Under the pieces are notes generated by a model that saw nothing but the letters and a program-made list of their open reading frames with translations, had not been told where the DNA came from and did not search any database. Below, piece after piece: positions 1-7,943 of a stretch of 64,000 nucleotides of DNA; the first letter of the stretch is position 1, and every line of letters starts with the position of its first letter. A program made the position numbers and the translations under genes. Source of the DNA: Candidatus Entotheonellaceae bacterium. Lineage in GTDB: Bacteria; Tectomicrobia; Entotheonellia; Entotheonellales; Entotheonellaceae. Location of the stretch: contig OZ250173.1 of the NCBI GenBank assembly GCA_965238075.1, positions 1,824,001 through 1,888,000 of the forward strand, read 5' to 3'.

Positions 1-928
1 GGGCCATTTCCAGCAGCAGCAAGCCCAGGGCGGGGAGCAGAAACCAGGCAAAGCGCTCGGCGTATTGTTGGTAATGCTCCGAGACCGTGGCGGTCGTTTC
101 CAGCCGGTCGATGGCGGCGTAAATACGGTTCAGTGCCTCGTCGTCGGTGGCGTGGAAGTATTGCCCGCCGGTGCGGGCGGCGATTTCCAGGAGGGTCAAC
201 TCGTCGATGGCGCGCTCGTTGCCGGTGCCGATGGCGTAGATTTTGACCCCGAGCGCCTGGGCGATTTGCGCGGCCTGCAGCGGCGGCGTGGCGCCGGCGT
301 TGTTGGTACCGTCGGTGAGCAGGATCATGATGCGGCTGGGCGCCTGGCTGCCCTGCAGACGCTCGACGCCGAGCGCAATCGCCTCGCCGATGGCGGTGCC
401 GTCCTCTTCCGCCTGCGGCACGATGTCCACCTGATCGAGCAGTGACAACAGCGTCTCGTAGTCCAGGGTCAGGGGGCAGACGCTGTCGGCGTAGCGGGCG
501 AAGGTCACCATGCCGATCAGGTCGCCGTCCCGGCCGCGCAGGCTCGCGCCGCCGCGCACGAAATCCCGGAAGGTCCGCTTGACGAGCTCCAGCCGGTTGC
601 TCACCTGACCGCCGAGAACCGCGTCGGGTGTCGCCATGCTGCTGGAGATGTCCACAATCATCACGATGGCGATGCCGTCACTGTAGATTTTGGTGGCTTC
701 GAGCCCTTGCTGCGGGCGCGCCAAAGCCACTAGGCAGAGAATCAGCACGACGGCGCGCAGCAGGGGCAGCGCCTCGCGCAGGCGGGTCATGAGGGAGCGG
801 GGGAGGGTGGTCAGATCGTGCAGAGCAGAATAACCGATGGCGGCAGGCCGCTGACGGCGGCGGCTGAAGAAGAGAACGAGCGGCACCAAGAGAAGCCCCA
901 GCAGCGCCAAGGGACTCCCCAGGCTCAT
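1..928 (-). CDS. batA: BatA-like VWA domain membrane protein (3' end runs off window)
   Basis: Manual translation from ATG 928 (ATGA overlap with upstream stop): MSLGSPLALLGLL...ALARPQ...VDISSSM (MIDAS)...GTAIGEAI...ILLTDGTNNAG. Confidence 0.85.
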   Translation of the reverse strand, partial: MSLGSPLALLGLLLVPLVLFFSRRRQRPAAIGYSALHDLTTLPRSLMTRLREALPLLRAVVLILCLVALARPQQGLEATKIYSDGIAIVMIVDISSSMATPDAVLGGQVSNRLELVKRTFRDFVRGGASLRGRDGDLIGMVTFARYADSVCPLTLDYETLLSLLDQVDIVPQAEEDGTAIGEAIALGVERLQGSQAPSRIMILLTDGTNNAGATPPLQAAQIAQALGVKIYAIGTGNERAIDELTLLEIAARTGGQYFHATDDEALNRIYAAIDRLETTATVSEHYQQYAERFAWFLLPALGLLLLEMA

Positions 929-1992
929 GCAGCGTAGGCCCTCGCCGTTTCGGCGCTGACGAGGGCCTCCGGGTCCGCCGTCTGCTCGACGAAGTCGCGC
1001 GCCCGCTGCAAGGCGTTGTGCATGTCTTCGGTGGCGGGCTGGTGGCGGGCGAATTTCACCAAGTCGCAGTGTTCCAGGAAGGCACTGAGCAGATCGCGGT
1101 GCGCGGCGATGGGCCCACCGGCAACGAGCATGGCTTCGAGAAACTCCTCGGTGGTCTGCTCAGGGGCGCGCAGGCCGAAGCGCCATTCGATGTAGTGCCG
1201 CAGGATGCCGGACACCCGCACGTAGAACTCCTCGATGCGCTGCAGGGTGATAAGGTCGTCGCTCTGCAACCGGTCCAAGGCGGCCAGGGCCAGCAGGTGC
1301 GCCAGTTGCGACGGCTCACCGCGCAGCAGACGCCGGCGACGCGCTCGCCGCCACCACAAGATCGCCAGCACAAGGAGCACGGGCGCTGCGGCGATGGCGA
1401 TCCACGCCCATATCGGCAGGCCGCGCCAAGCCAGTTCGACCGGCGGCGCGATGTCTTTGGGTTTCTTGAGGTCAGCCCCTTCCGGCAGAACGGAGGTGAC
1501 GACAATCTGGAACGGCTCCGTGGTCAGTTGTTGTGGCTCCGCGTCCTCGGCGGCGCCCTCTTCGAAAAGCGTAATCGTCAGCGGCGGAATGGCAAGCTCG
1601 CCGACCTCCTCGACTTCCAGCAGATACTCCCGCTTCCATTGGCGCAGTTGCGAATCCAACATTTCGGGGTCGGGTATGAAGTCGTTGCGCACCAGGAAGG
1701 GGCCGAGGCGGTCGAAGATCTCCGGGAAGATGACGCCCTTGTCAGCAGGCGCGGTGACCGACAGGGTCAGCCGCAGTTGATCGGCCATCCCCATGCTGCG
1801 CCGGTCGGCGGCCAGGGTGACGATCACGTTGCCCTCGGCGACGTGCTGCTCAAGCGATTCCTCGATCGCGACACCCGATTCCTGTGCAGCCGCCTGTATT
1901 GCCATCAGGGCAACAAGGCATGCCAGAATCACCAGCCAAGTGAACCGCCCGCCACGATCAATAGTCCGAAACGCTCCGCCAAGACGAGTCAT
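925..1992 (-). CDS. Bat-system membrane protein (BatD/DUF4381-like)
   Basis: Signal peptide, Ig-like region, KDIAPP + TM helix, ILRHYIE/EQTTEEFL/DLVKFA motifs; between DUF58 and batA. Confidence 0.7.
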   Translation of the reverse strand: MTRLGGAFRTIDRGGRFTWLVILACLVALMAIQAAAQESGVAIEESLEQHVAEGNVIVTLAADRRSMGMADQLRLTLSVTAPADKGVIFPEIFDRLGPFLVRNDFIPDPEMLDSQLRQWKREYLLEVEEVGELAIPPLTITLFEEGAAEDAEPQQLTTEPFQIVVTSVLPEGADLKKPKDIAPPVELAWRGLPIWAWIAIAAAPVLLVLAILWWRRARRRRLLRGEPSQLAHLLALAALDRLQSDDLITLQRIEEFYVRVSGILRHYIEWRFGLRAPEQTTEEFLEAMLVAGGPIAAHRDLLSAFLEHCDLVKFARHQPATEDMHNALQRARDFVEQTADPEALVSAETARAYAA

Positions 1993-2015
1993 CGTCCATT
2001 CCCCGTTGGGATTCC

Positions 2016-2894
2016 CTAATGCCAGCGCCGCTCCCGCTTGCGGAAGAACCGCACCAGGGACGGCATGTACGGCCGGTCCGTAAATACCTCGATCTCGTCG
2101 ATTCCAATGGATTGGAACAGTTGCCGCCGCCGCTCGGCCGTCGCTGCGCGCCGCCGCCGGTACGCCTCCCGCACCGCCTTGCTACTGGTATCCAGTACCA
2201 TCAGGGCGCCGCTCTCTAAGTCCCGCAGGGTGACAAAACCGAGCCGCGGCAGGCACACCTCGCGCCGGTCGGTAACGCTGACCGGAATCACGTCGTGACG
2301 CCGATACGCCAGGCGCAGCGGCTGGTCATAGCCCGGCGTGAGAAAGTCGGACACCAGGAAGCAAACGGTTCGGCGGCGGCTGATGCGGAGCAGATATTCC
2401 AGCGCCGAACCGATGTCGGTGCGCTGCTGCCGGGGCTGGAAATACAGCACGTCCCGGATGATCCGCAGCACGTGGCGCTTGCCCTTCTGCGGCGGGACGA
2501 ATTTCTCGACGCGGTCCGTGAACAGGATGAGGCCCACCCGGTCATTGTTCATGACCGCGCTGAGCGCCAGCACGGCGCACAACTCGGTGGCCACCTCCGC
2601 CTTCAGCCGAACCGTGCTGCTGAAGCGGCCCGAAGCACTCAGGTCCACCAGCAGCATGACGGTCAGCTCTCGCTCTTCCACGTACTGTTTGACATACGGC
2701 TGACCGCGGCGAGCCGTGACGTTCCAGTCGATCGTGCGAATTTCGTCGCCCGGCGCGTACTCCCGAACCTCGGAAAATTCCATTCCCCGGCCCTTGAAGG
2801 CGCTGTGATATTCGCCCCCCAGGACATCCCGCACCAAGCGGCTGGTGCGGATATGAATCTGGCGCACGTGCTTGAGAATGTCGGGTGGAAGCAT
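2016..2894 (-). CDS. DUF58 (MoxR-associated VWA-like) protein
   Basis: GEYHSAFKGRGMEFSEVREY, IDWNVTAR; start moved to ATG 2894 because the upstream ORF extension is repeat DNA. Confidence 0.9.
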   Translation of the reverse strand: MLPPDILKHVRQIHIRTSRLVRDVLGGEYHSAFKGRGMEFSEVREYAPGDEIRTIDWNVTARRGQPYVKQYVEERELTVMLLVDLSASGRFSSTVRLKAEVATELCAVLALSAVMNNDRVGLILFTDRVEKFVPPQKGKRHVLRIIRDVLYFQPRQQRTDIGSALEYLLRISRRRTVCFLVSDFLTPGYDQPLRLAYRRHDVIPVSVTDRREVCLPRLGFVTLRDLESGALMVLDTSSKAVREAYRRRRAATAERRRQLFQSIGIDEIEVFTDRPYMPSLVRFFRKRERRWH

Positions 2895-2941
2895 GTCCGG
2901 CAGCCTGGAGCCCTTTCGGATCAAGACGACGCTTAATCCGG

Positions 2942-3062
2942 GGCTTTCCCCCTCATCCCGACCCTCTCCCTCCAGGGGAGAGGGAGTAAAAACCTCTCTC
3001 AGGGGAAAGCCAATCTCTTGATTCCCTCCCCCCACCGAGGGAGAGGGCTAGGGAGGGGGGGG
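2942..3062. repeat. Inverted pair of CCCTC..ACCCTCTCCC-N4-GGGAGAGGG-type REP-like palindromes
   Basis: Copy 1 at ~2948-2985, enclosed by 10-bp IR GGCTTTCCCC/GGGGAAAGCC (2942-2951, 3002-3011); inverted copy at ~3022-3062. Confidence 0.75.
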
Positions 3063-3108
3063 GCGGGTGCAATCAGATATGGAAATGCTCTAGCCGGCCG
3101 ACGCCGAC

Positions 3109-4098
3109 TCAAGGCACCGGCAGGTGATCGAAAATCTGCTGAACGATGTGCTCGGCCGTCACGTCCGCGGCTTCCGCTTCGTAGGTGATGAGGACACGGT
3201 GGCGCAGAACGTCCATACCGATCCACTTGACGTCCTGCGGCGTGACGTAGCCGCGGCCGTGCAGGAAAGCCGCTGCCTTGGACGCCAGCGCCAAGTATAT
3301 GGTAGCGCGCGGCGAGGCGCCGTATTCGATGTAGTGGCCGAGGTCCAGCTGGTAGTCCTGCGGCTCGCGCGTGGCGTACACGATGTCGACGATGTACTGC
3401 TTGATTTTGTCGTCCAGATAGATCGAATCCACCACCTCGCGCAGTTGCAGAATATCGGCCGGGCTGACCACCGCCTTGACCTCGATATGGGGCTGCGTGT
3501 GGGCCATGCGCTCGAGGATTTGCAACTCTTCCTCGCGATTGGGGTAGGGGATGTGCAGCTTCAGCATGAAGCGATCGACCTGGGCTTCCGGCAGGGGGTA
3601 AGTACCCTCTTGCTCCAGCGGGTTCTGGGTGGCGAGCACGAGAAAGGGTTGCGGCAGGGGAAAGGTGTCGTCGCCGATAGTCACCTGGCCTTCCTGCATG
3701 GCTTCCAGAAGCGCGCTCTGCACCTTGGCGGGTGCGCGGTTGATCTCGTCGGCCAGTACCAGATTGGCAAACACCGGACCCTTGCGCACTTGAAAGCTGC
3801 CCGTCTGCGGCTGGTAGATGAGGGTGCCGATCAGGTCCGCCGGCAGCAGGTCGGGGGTGAACTGTATCCGCTGGTACTCCGCCTGCAGGGTCTGTGCCAG
3901 GGTGGTCACGGAGAGCGTCTTGGCCAGTCCCGGCACGCCCTCCAGAAGCACGTGGCCATTGGCGAGAAGGCCGATCAAAAGCCGTTCAATCATGTAGCGC
4001 TGACCCACGATAACCTGCTCCATTTCGTGCGTCAGGCTCTGCACGATATGGGCGTGCTTTTCTACTTCAGCGCCAATTTCTTCCACGTCAACAGACAT
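3109..4098 (-). CDS. moxR: MoxR family AAA+ ATPase
   Basis: EGVPGLAKT Walker A, RIQFTPDLLPAD, LADEINRAPAKVQSALLEAMQE, ATQNP.EQEGTYPLPEAQVDRF. Confidence 0.95.
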   Translation of the reverse strand: MSVDVEEIGAEVEKHAHIVQSLTHEMEQVIVGQRYMIERLLIGLLANGHVLLEGVPGLAKTLSVTTLAQTLQAEYQRIQFTPDLLPADLIGTLIYQPQTGSFQVRKGPVFANLVLADEINRAPAKVQSALLEAMQEGQVTIGDDTFPLPQPFLVLATQNPLEQEGTYPLPEAQVDRFMLKLHIPYPNREEELQILERMAHTQPHIEVKAVVSPADILQLREVVDSIYLDDKIKQYIVDIVYATREPQDYQLDLGHYIEYGASPRATIYLALASKAAAFLHGRGYVTPQDVKWIGMDVLRHRVLITYEAEAADVTAEHIVQQIFDHLPVP

Positions 4099-4143
4099 AA
4101 GATCACTTCCTCAGGTAATCGTAAGGACTCGGCAGCGCCGACT

Positions 4144-4212
4144 GTGGGGCGTGCTGGATACCATTCGTGCCCTGGAAAGGGCCGGGAGGGTATGGTACAC
4201 GACGCACACCCC
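4144..4212. repeat. Degenerate inverted repeat (possible decayed REP pair)
   Basis: GGGGCGTGC..TACCAT versus ATGGTA..GCACACCCC in the rluD-moxR gap. Confidence 0.35.
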
Positions 4213-4239
4213 GGAATACAGGACGAAACGCGCCGCGCC

Positions 4240-5202
4240 TCAGCTGGAAAGGCCGCGCAACTGCGCCAGAAGCGTTGCCATGTCCGTCGGAACGGGCGAC
4301 GAAAACGTCATGCAACCGCCGTGCGTCGGGTGCTGAAACCGCACCTGCGCGGCGTGCAACGCCTGCCGCGAAAAGGACCGCATGGCCTGCTCCAGCGCCG
4401 GCTGACCCGGCCAGTGGCGGGCGCCGGGTCCGTAGGTGGCGTCGCTCAGCACGGGGTGGCCGAGAAAAAGCAAGTGAACACGGATCTGATGCGTGCGGCC
4501 CGTCTCCAGAGCCAGTTCCAGCAGGCTGAGGGCACCCCACGCTTCGAGCACCCGGTAATGGGTGCGCGCTTCCCGGCCGCCGCGTGCCACAACGGCCATT
4601 TTCTTGCGTTGGGTGGGGTGTCGGCCAACCGGCGCGTCGATTGTTCCCTCTTGCGCCGGCATCGCACCATGCACCAGCGCCTGGTAGCGCCGCTGCAGCT
4701 TTTTCGCCTTGAGTTGCGCCGCCAGATGGCGATGGCTGCGGTCGTGCTTGGCCACCACCAGCAGCCCGGAGGTGTCCTTGTCCAGCCGGTGGATGATGCC
4801 CGGGCGCTCCTCGCCGCCGATGCCCGAGAGCGATCGGCAGTGAAACAGCAGCGCGTTGACCAGCGTGCCGCTGGGATGTCCGGGCGCCGGATGGACGACC
4901 AGACCGGCCGGCTTGTCGATCACCAGCAGATCGTCGTCTTCGTGCAGGATGTTGAGCGCCAGGGGCTCAGCGGCATGATCGGAGGGCCGCGGCGGCGGGA
5001 CGTGCAAATCGATGGTTTCGCCCTCGCGCACCCGGTAGTTGACGGATGCCGGGCCGTTCGCGGCGGCCGCTTGCCCCTCCTGAATGAGCCGCTGGACCTG
5101 CGTGCGTGACAGATCGGTGAGGTGCGACGCCAAGTACTTGTCCAGCCGCATGCCGGCGTCTTCAGCCGCGACAACAAGGGTGAACCGTTGGCCCGTGCTC
5201 AA
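4240..5202 (-). CDS. rluD: RluA/RluD family 23S rRNA pseudouridine synthase
   Basis: S4-like RLDKYL, HRLDKDTSG catalytic motif, TGRTHQIRVH; TTG start overlaps lspA stop. Confidence 0.93.
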   Translation of the reverse strand: MSTGQRFTLVVAAEDAGMRLDKYLASHLTDLSRTQVQRLIQEGQAAAANGPASVNYRVREGETIDLHVPPPRPSDHAAEPLALNILHEDDDLLVIDKPAGLVVHPAPGHPSGTLVNALLFHCRSLSGIGGEERPGIIHRLDKDTSGLLVVAKHDRSHRHLAAQLKAKKLQRRYQALVHGAMPAQEGTIDAPVGRHPTQRKKMAVVARGGREARTHYRVLEAWGALSLLELALETGRTHQIRVHLLFLGHPVLSDATYGPGARHWPGQPALEQAMRSFSRQALHAAQVRFQHPTHGGCMTFSSPVPTDMATLLAQLRGLSS

Positions 5203-5693
5203 CTCTCGACCCTCACGGTGCGGAACGCGTCGAGGACCAGCAACCCCACGCCCACGCAAATGGCGCTGTCGGCCACGTTGAAGGCGGGCCAGTGGTAGAC
5301 GTCGTACCAGTGCACGTCGAGGAAGTCGATCACCTGCCCGATGCGGAAGCGGTCGATGCCGTTGCCGACAGCGCCGCCGATCACCAGGCAGACGCCCCAC
5401 AGCGTCAGGGTCTGGGAGGCAGGCAGGCGCGACAGGTACCACACCAGGAGCACCACCGCCAGCACGGTGACGGCCGGAAAGAAGATACGCAGAACGTCCG
5501 GGTCGTAGCGGGCCAGCAGGCCGAAGGCGGAACCGGAATTGCGCACGTAGGTGAGGGCGAAGAAGTTCTCCACCAGCGGGCGGGATTCGTACAACGCGAA
5601 GGCGTTGTGCACGTGGAGCTTGGTGGCTTGATCGAGGACCAGGACGAGGCCGGCAACCCAGCCCAACAGGCACCATCTGCTGCGTATCTGCAT
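5199..5693 (-). CDS. lspA: Lipoprotein signal peptidase II
   Basis: DQATK, NSGSAFG, GGAVGNGIDR, VIDF, WPAFNVAD. Confidence 0.96.
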   Translation of the reverse strand: MQIRSRWCLLGWVAGLVLVLDQATKLHVHNAFALYESRPLVENFFALTYVRNSGSAFGLLARYDPDVLRIFFPAVTVLAVVLLVWYLSRLPASQTLTLWGVCLVIGGAVGNGIDRFRIGQVIDFLDVHWYDVYHWPAFNVADSAICVGVGLLVLDAFRTVRVES

Positions 5694-5716
5694 CCCTGCT
5701 CCCTGCCGTGCGCCCG

Positions 5717-6703
5717 TCAGATGTGCATGGCGTCGCGCACTTCCGCCATCGTCTGCTGCGCGACCTGGCGGGCGCGCTGGCTGCCGTCGCGCATCACGTC
5801 CATCGCCTCGTCCGGGTGCGCCGTGTAGTGGGCGCGCTTCTCGTGCAGGGGCTGCAGGTCCTCCACCATGTGGCTGATCAATTTGCCCTTGCAGTCGATG
5901 CAGCCGATGCCCGCGGTGCGGCAGCCGTGCGCCACCTCCTGGCGCTCTTCCTCGGTGCTGTAGATGCGATGGAAGTCGAACACGGGGCAGAGTTCCGGGT
6001 CGCCGGGGTCCGTTCTCCGCTTGCGCGCCGGGTCGGTCATCATCACCTTGACCTTCTTCGACAGCGTGTCCGGGCTGTCGGACAGGTAGATGACATTGTT
6101 ATAGCTCTTGCTCATCTTGCGCCCGTCGAGCCCCGGCAGCTTGGGCACCTCGGTCAGTTTCGGCTGCGGCTCCGGGAAGACCGCGCGATCGTAGGTGTGG
6201 TTGAAGCGCCGCACGATCTCGCGGCTGAGCTCCACGTGCGACACCTGGTCGGCGCCCACGGGCACCCAGTTGGCCTTGTACATGATGATGTCGGCGGTTT
6301 GCAGCAAGGGGTAGCCGAGGAAGCCGTAGGTGTTGAGCTCGCGGTCCTTGATCTCTTGTTGCTGCTCCTTGAACGTCGGCACGCGCTCTAGCCAGGCGAG
6401 CGGCGTCAGCATCGACAGCAGCAGGTGCAGTTCGGCATGCTCCGGCACCTGGGACTGGACGAACAGCACGCTTTCGTTTGGGTCGAGCCCGGCGCTGAGG
6501 TAGTCGATGGCGATTTCCCGCACCCAGGTACGAATCTGAGCCGTGTCCGCGTAGCCGGTGGTCAGGGCGTGCCAGTCGGCGATAAAGTAGAAGGCCTCGT
6601 AATCCTTCTGCAACTGCACCCAGTTTTGCAGCGCGCCGAGAAGGTTGCCCAGGTGCAGCGCGCCGGACGACCGCATGCCACTCAGAATCCGCTCTTTCGT
6701 CAT
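5717..6703 (-). CDS. trpS: Tryptophan--tRNA ligase
   Basis: HLGN and KMSKS signatures, YPLLQTADI, VPVGADQ. Confidence 0.97.
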   Translation of the reverse strand: MTKERILSGMRSSGALHLGNLLGALQNWVQLQKDYEAFYFIADWHALTTGYADTAQIRTWVREIAIDYLSAGLDPNESVLFVQSQVPEHAELHLLLSMLTPLAWLERVPTFKEQQQEIKDRELNTYGFLGYPLLQTADIIMYKANWVPVGADQVSHVELSREIVRRFNHTYDRAVFPEPQPKLTEVPKLPGLDGRKMSKSYNNVIYLSDSPDTLSKKVKVMMTDPARKRRTDPGDPELCPVFDFHRIYSTEEERQEVAHGCRTAGIGCIDCKGKLISHMVEDLQPLHEKRAHYTAHPDEAMDVMRDGSQRARQVAQQTMAEVRDAMHI

Positions 6704-7063
6704 GCTGTTTCCTTACGACAGGGAGGAAGAATCTTTGGAGGAAAACGCTCGGATGGGCGTCCTGGCGCAAGCATTGGGGGGCTAATGTAGCGAATCGCCT
6801 TGAGTGCGTCAAGCAACCGTGCGAGGCTCAGCCAGGCCACGTCCTGTTCGGCACGACTGCGGTTCGGGTTGTCCGGGACGGCTCTGGGTGGCGCCCGTTG
6901 GACGAGGCGTCCTTTGGAGAGTTATTGGACCAATGAGCGTGCACCTCGGACAAGGCTGATCGCCGCCTGCCGCTCCTGCAAGGCGTCCGACACTTTGCGC
7001 GTGCCGACGCGAGTCTGATAAATTTGGCGGGCGTCAATCAGCCTGGAGCATTTCAAGGTTGTT

Positions 7064-7198
7064 TAGAACCTGCAACCTGGCTTGCGATTGCATCCGCGTC
7101 ACTCCGGCGGAAGCCGAAGTCCAGACGGGCTTGCCAGGGAACGAGGTCGCTGGATTCCGGCGTACGTCGGAATGACAATTTGGCCCTTGGAGGGTCTA
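7064..7198. repeat. TA-bounded short IR element containing an inverted GTCA(C/T)TCCG..ATCCAG REP pair
   Basis: REP arms at 7098-7124 and 7150-7176; outer IR TAGAACCTGCAA (7064-7075) / TTGGAGGGTCTA (7187-7198), 10/12 match. Confidence 0.65.
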
Positions 7199-7322
7199 TT
7201 TCCATAAGGTGAAGCTGGATATGGTGCTGACCAATCTTGAATTGCTGTCGTTCGCTTATGCGGCATGAACCTTCGAGACGGCAATTTTGTTGGTACTCCG
7301 GTAACCACTATGCACGACGAAG

Positions 7323-7351
7323 CCCCCCTGAGAAGGGGGGTTGGGGAGGTT
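7323..7351 (+). repeat. CCCCCCTGANAAGGGGGGTTGGG(G)AGGTT palindromic repeat, copy 1
   Basis: Near-identical direct copy at 10987-11015; related inverted copy at ~10908-10936. Confidence 0.75.
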
Positions 7352-7355
7352 CCTG

Positions 7356-7943
7356 ATGAACCATAAAAAAATGAAGTCAGCGACGATGACCGTACGCAAG
7401 GCGCCGCGACAATGTCTGGGAGCATTATCCGCCGCGCTGCTGTTTCTGGCGGGCGCCCACACCGCCGCGCAGGCACAGAACGCACCGTTGCACGTCATGC
7501 GCTCGGCGACCATCGAACGGCCCTTGCTGGTCATGTCCACCGGCGCGGCGGCGCCCGGCGAGGTCTACGTGGGTGACGTGCGTATCCGCGTCGCCATTGA
7601 GGGCGACTTTCGCGTCTATCGAGTATTCCACAAAGGCACCACGCGCACCCTGCACGTCTCCCTGGATACCCCGCTGCACTACGTGGCCTTCGACCCCAGG
7701 CGTAACCGCTTCGAGCGGCTGTCCCACAGCCTGCGGATCGAGCTGGAGGACGATGGACGGCTCGACCAGATCGTCGCTGCGGTCGACGGCACCGGCGGCA
7801 AGGCGTATCCGATGCTGGGGTTCGCCATCGTGCAGTTGTCACCACAGGACAATCCGGTGGCCGCGGCCCGAGCCTTGGAGGCTCTGCCGGGCGTCCTGGA
7901 CGTGCGGTTGATGGTCGAGGGGCCGCGTCGTGTACCGCGCTAA
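7356..7943 (+). CDS. Secreted protein; putative external chaperone/propeptide-like partner of the downstream S8 protease
   Basis: Signal peptide (AHTAAQA), C-terminal region resembling protease propeptide/inhibitor folds, overlaps protease start. Confidence 0.55.
   Translation: MNHKKMKSATMTVRKAPRQCLGALSAALLFLAGAHTAAQAQNAPLHVMRSATIERPLLVMSTGAAAPGEVYVGDVRIRVAIEGDFRVYRVFHKGTTRTLHVSLDTPLHYVAFDPRRNRFERLSHSLRIELEDDGRLDQIVAAVDGTGGKAYPMLGFAIVQLSPQDNPVAAARALEALPGVLDVRLMVEGPRRVPR

Noticed and set aside
2895-3035. N-terminal extension of the DUF58 ORF (PSPLEGEGRDEG)
   Set aside because: Translation of REP repeat DNA
3124-5109. 661-aa plus-strand ORF, and similar long ORFs at 8821-10833, 11166-12662, 26230-28467 and 33790-34923
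   Set aside because: Antisense shadows of well-supported genes in GC-rich DNA; no recognisable motifs
5203-5676. Long N-terminal extension of RluD
   Set aside because: Alternate frame over lspA
6760-7040. Possible gene remnant upstream of trpS (minus frame YQTRVGTRKVSDALQERQAA..*..AWLSLARLLDAL)
   Set aside because: Internal stop and no family I can recognise; no T-box motif seen; would need BLASTX
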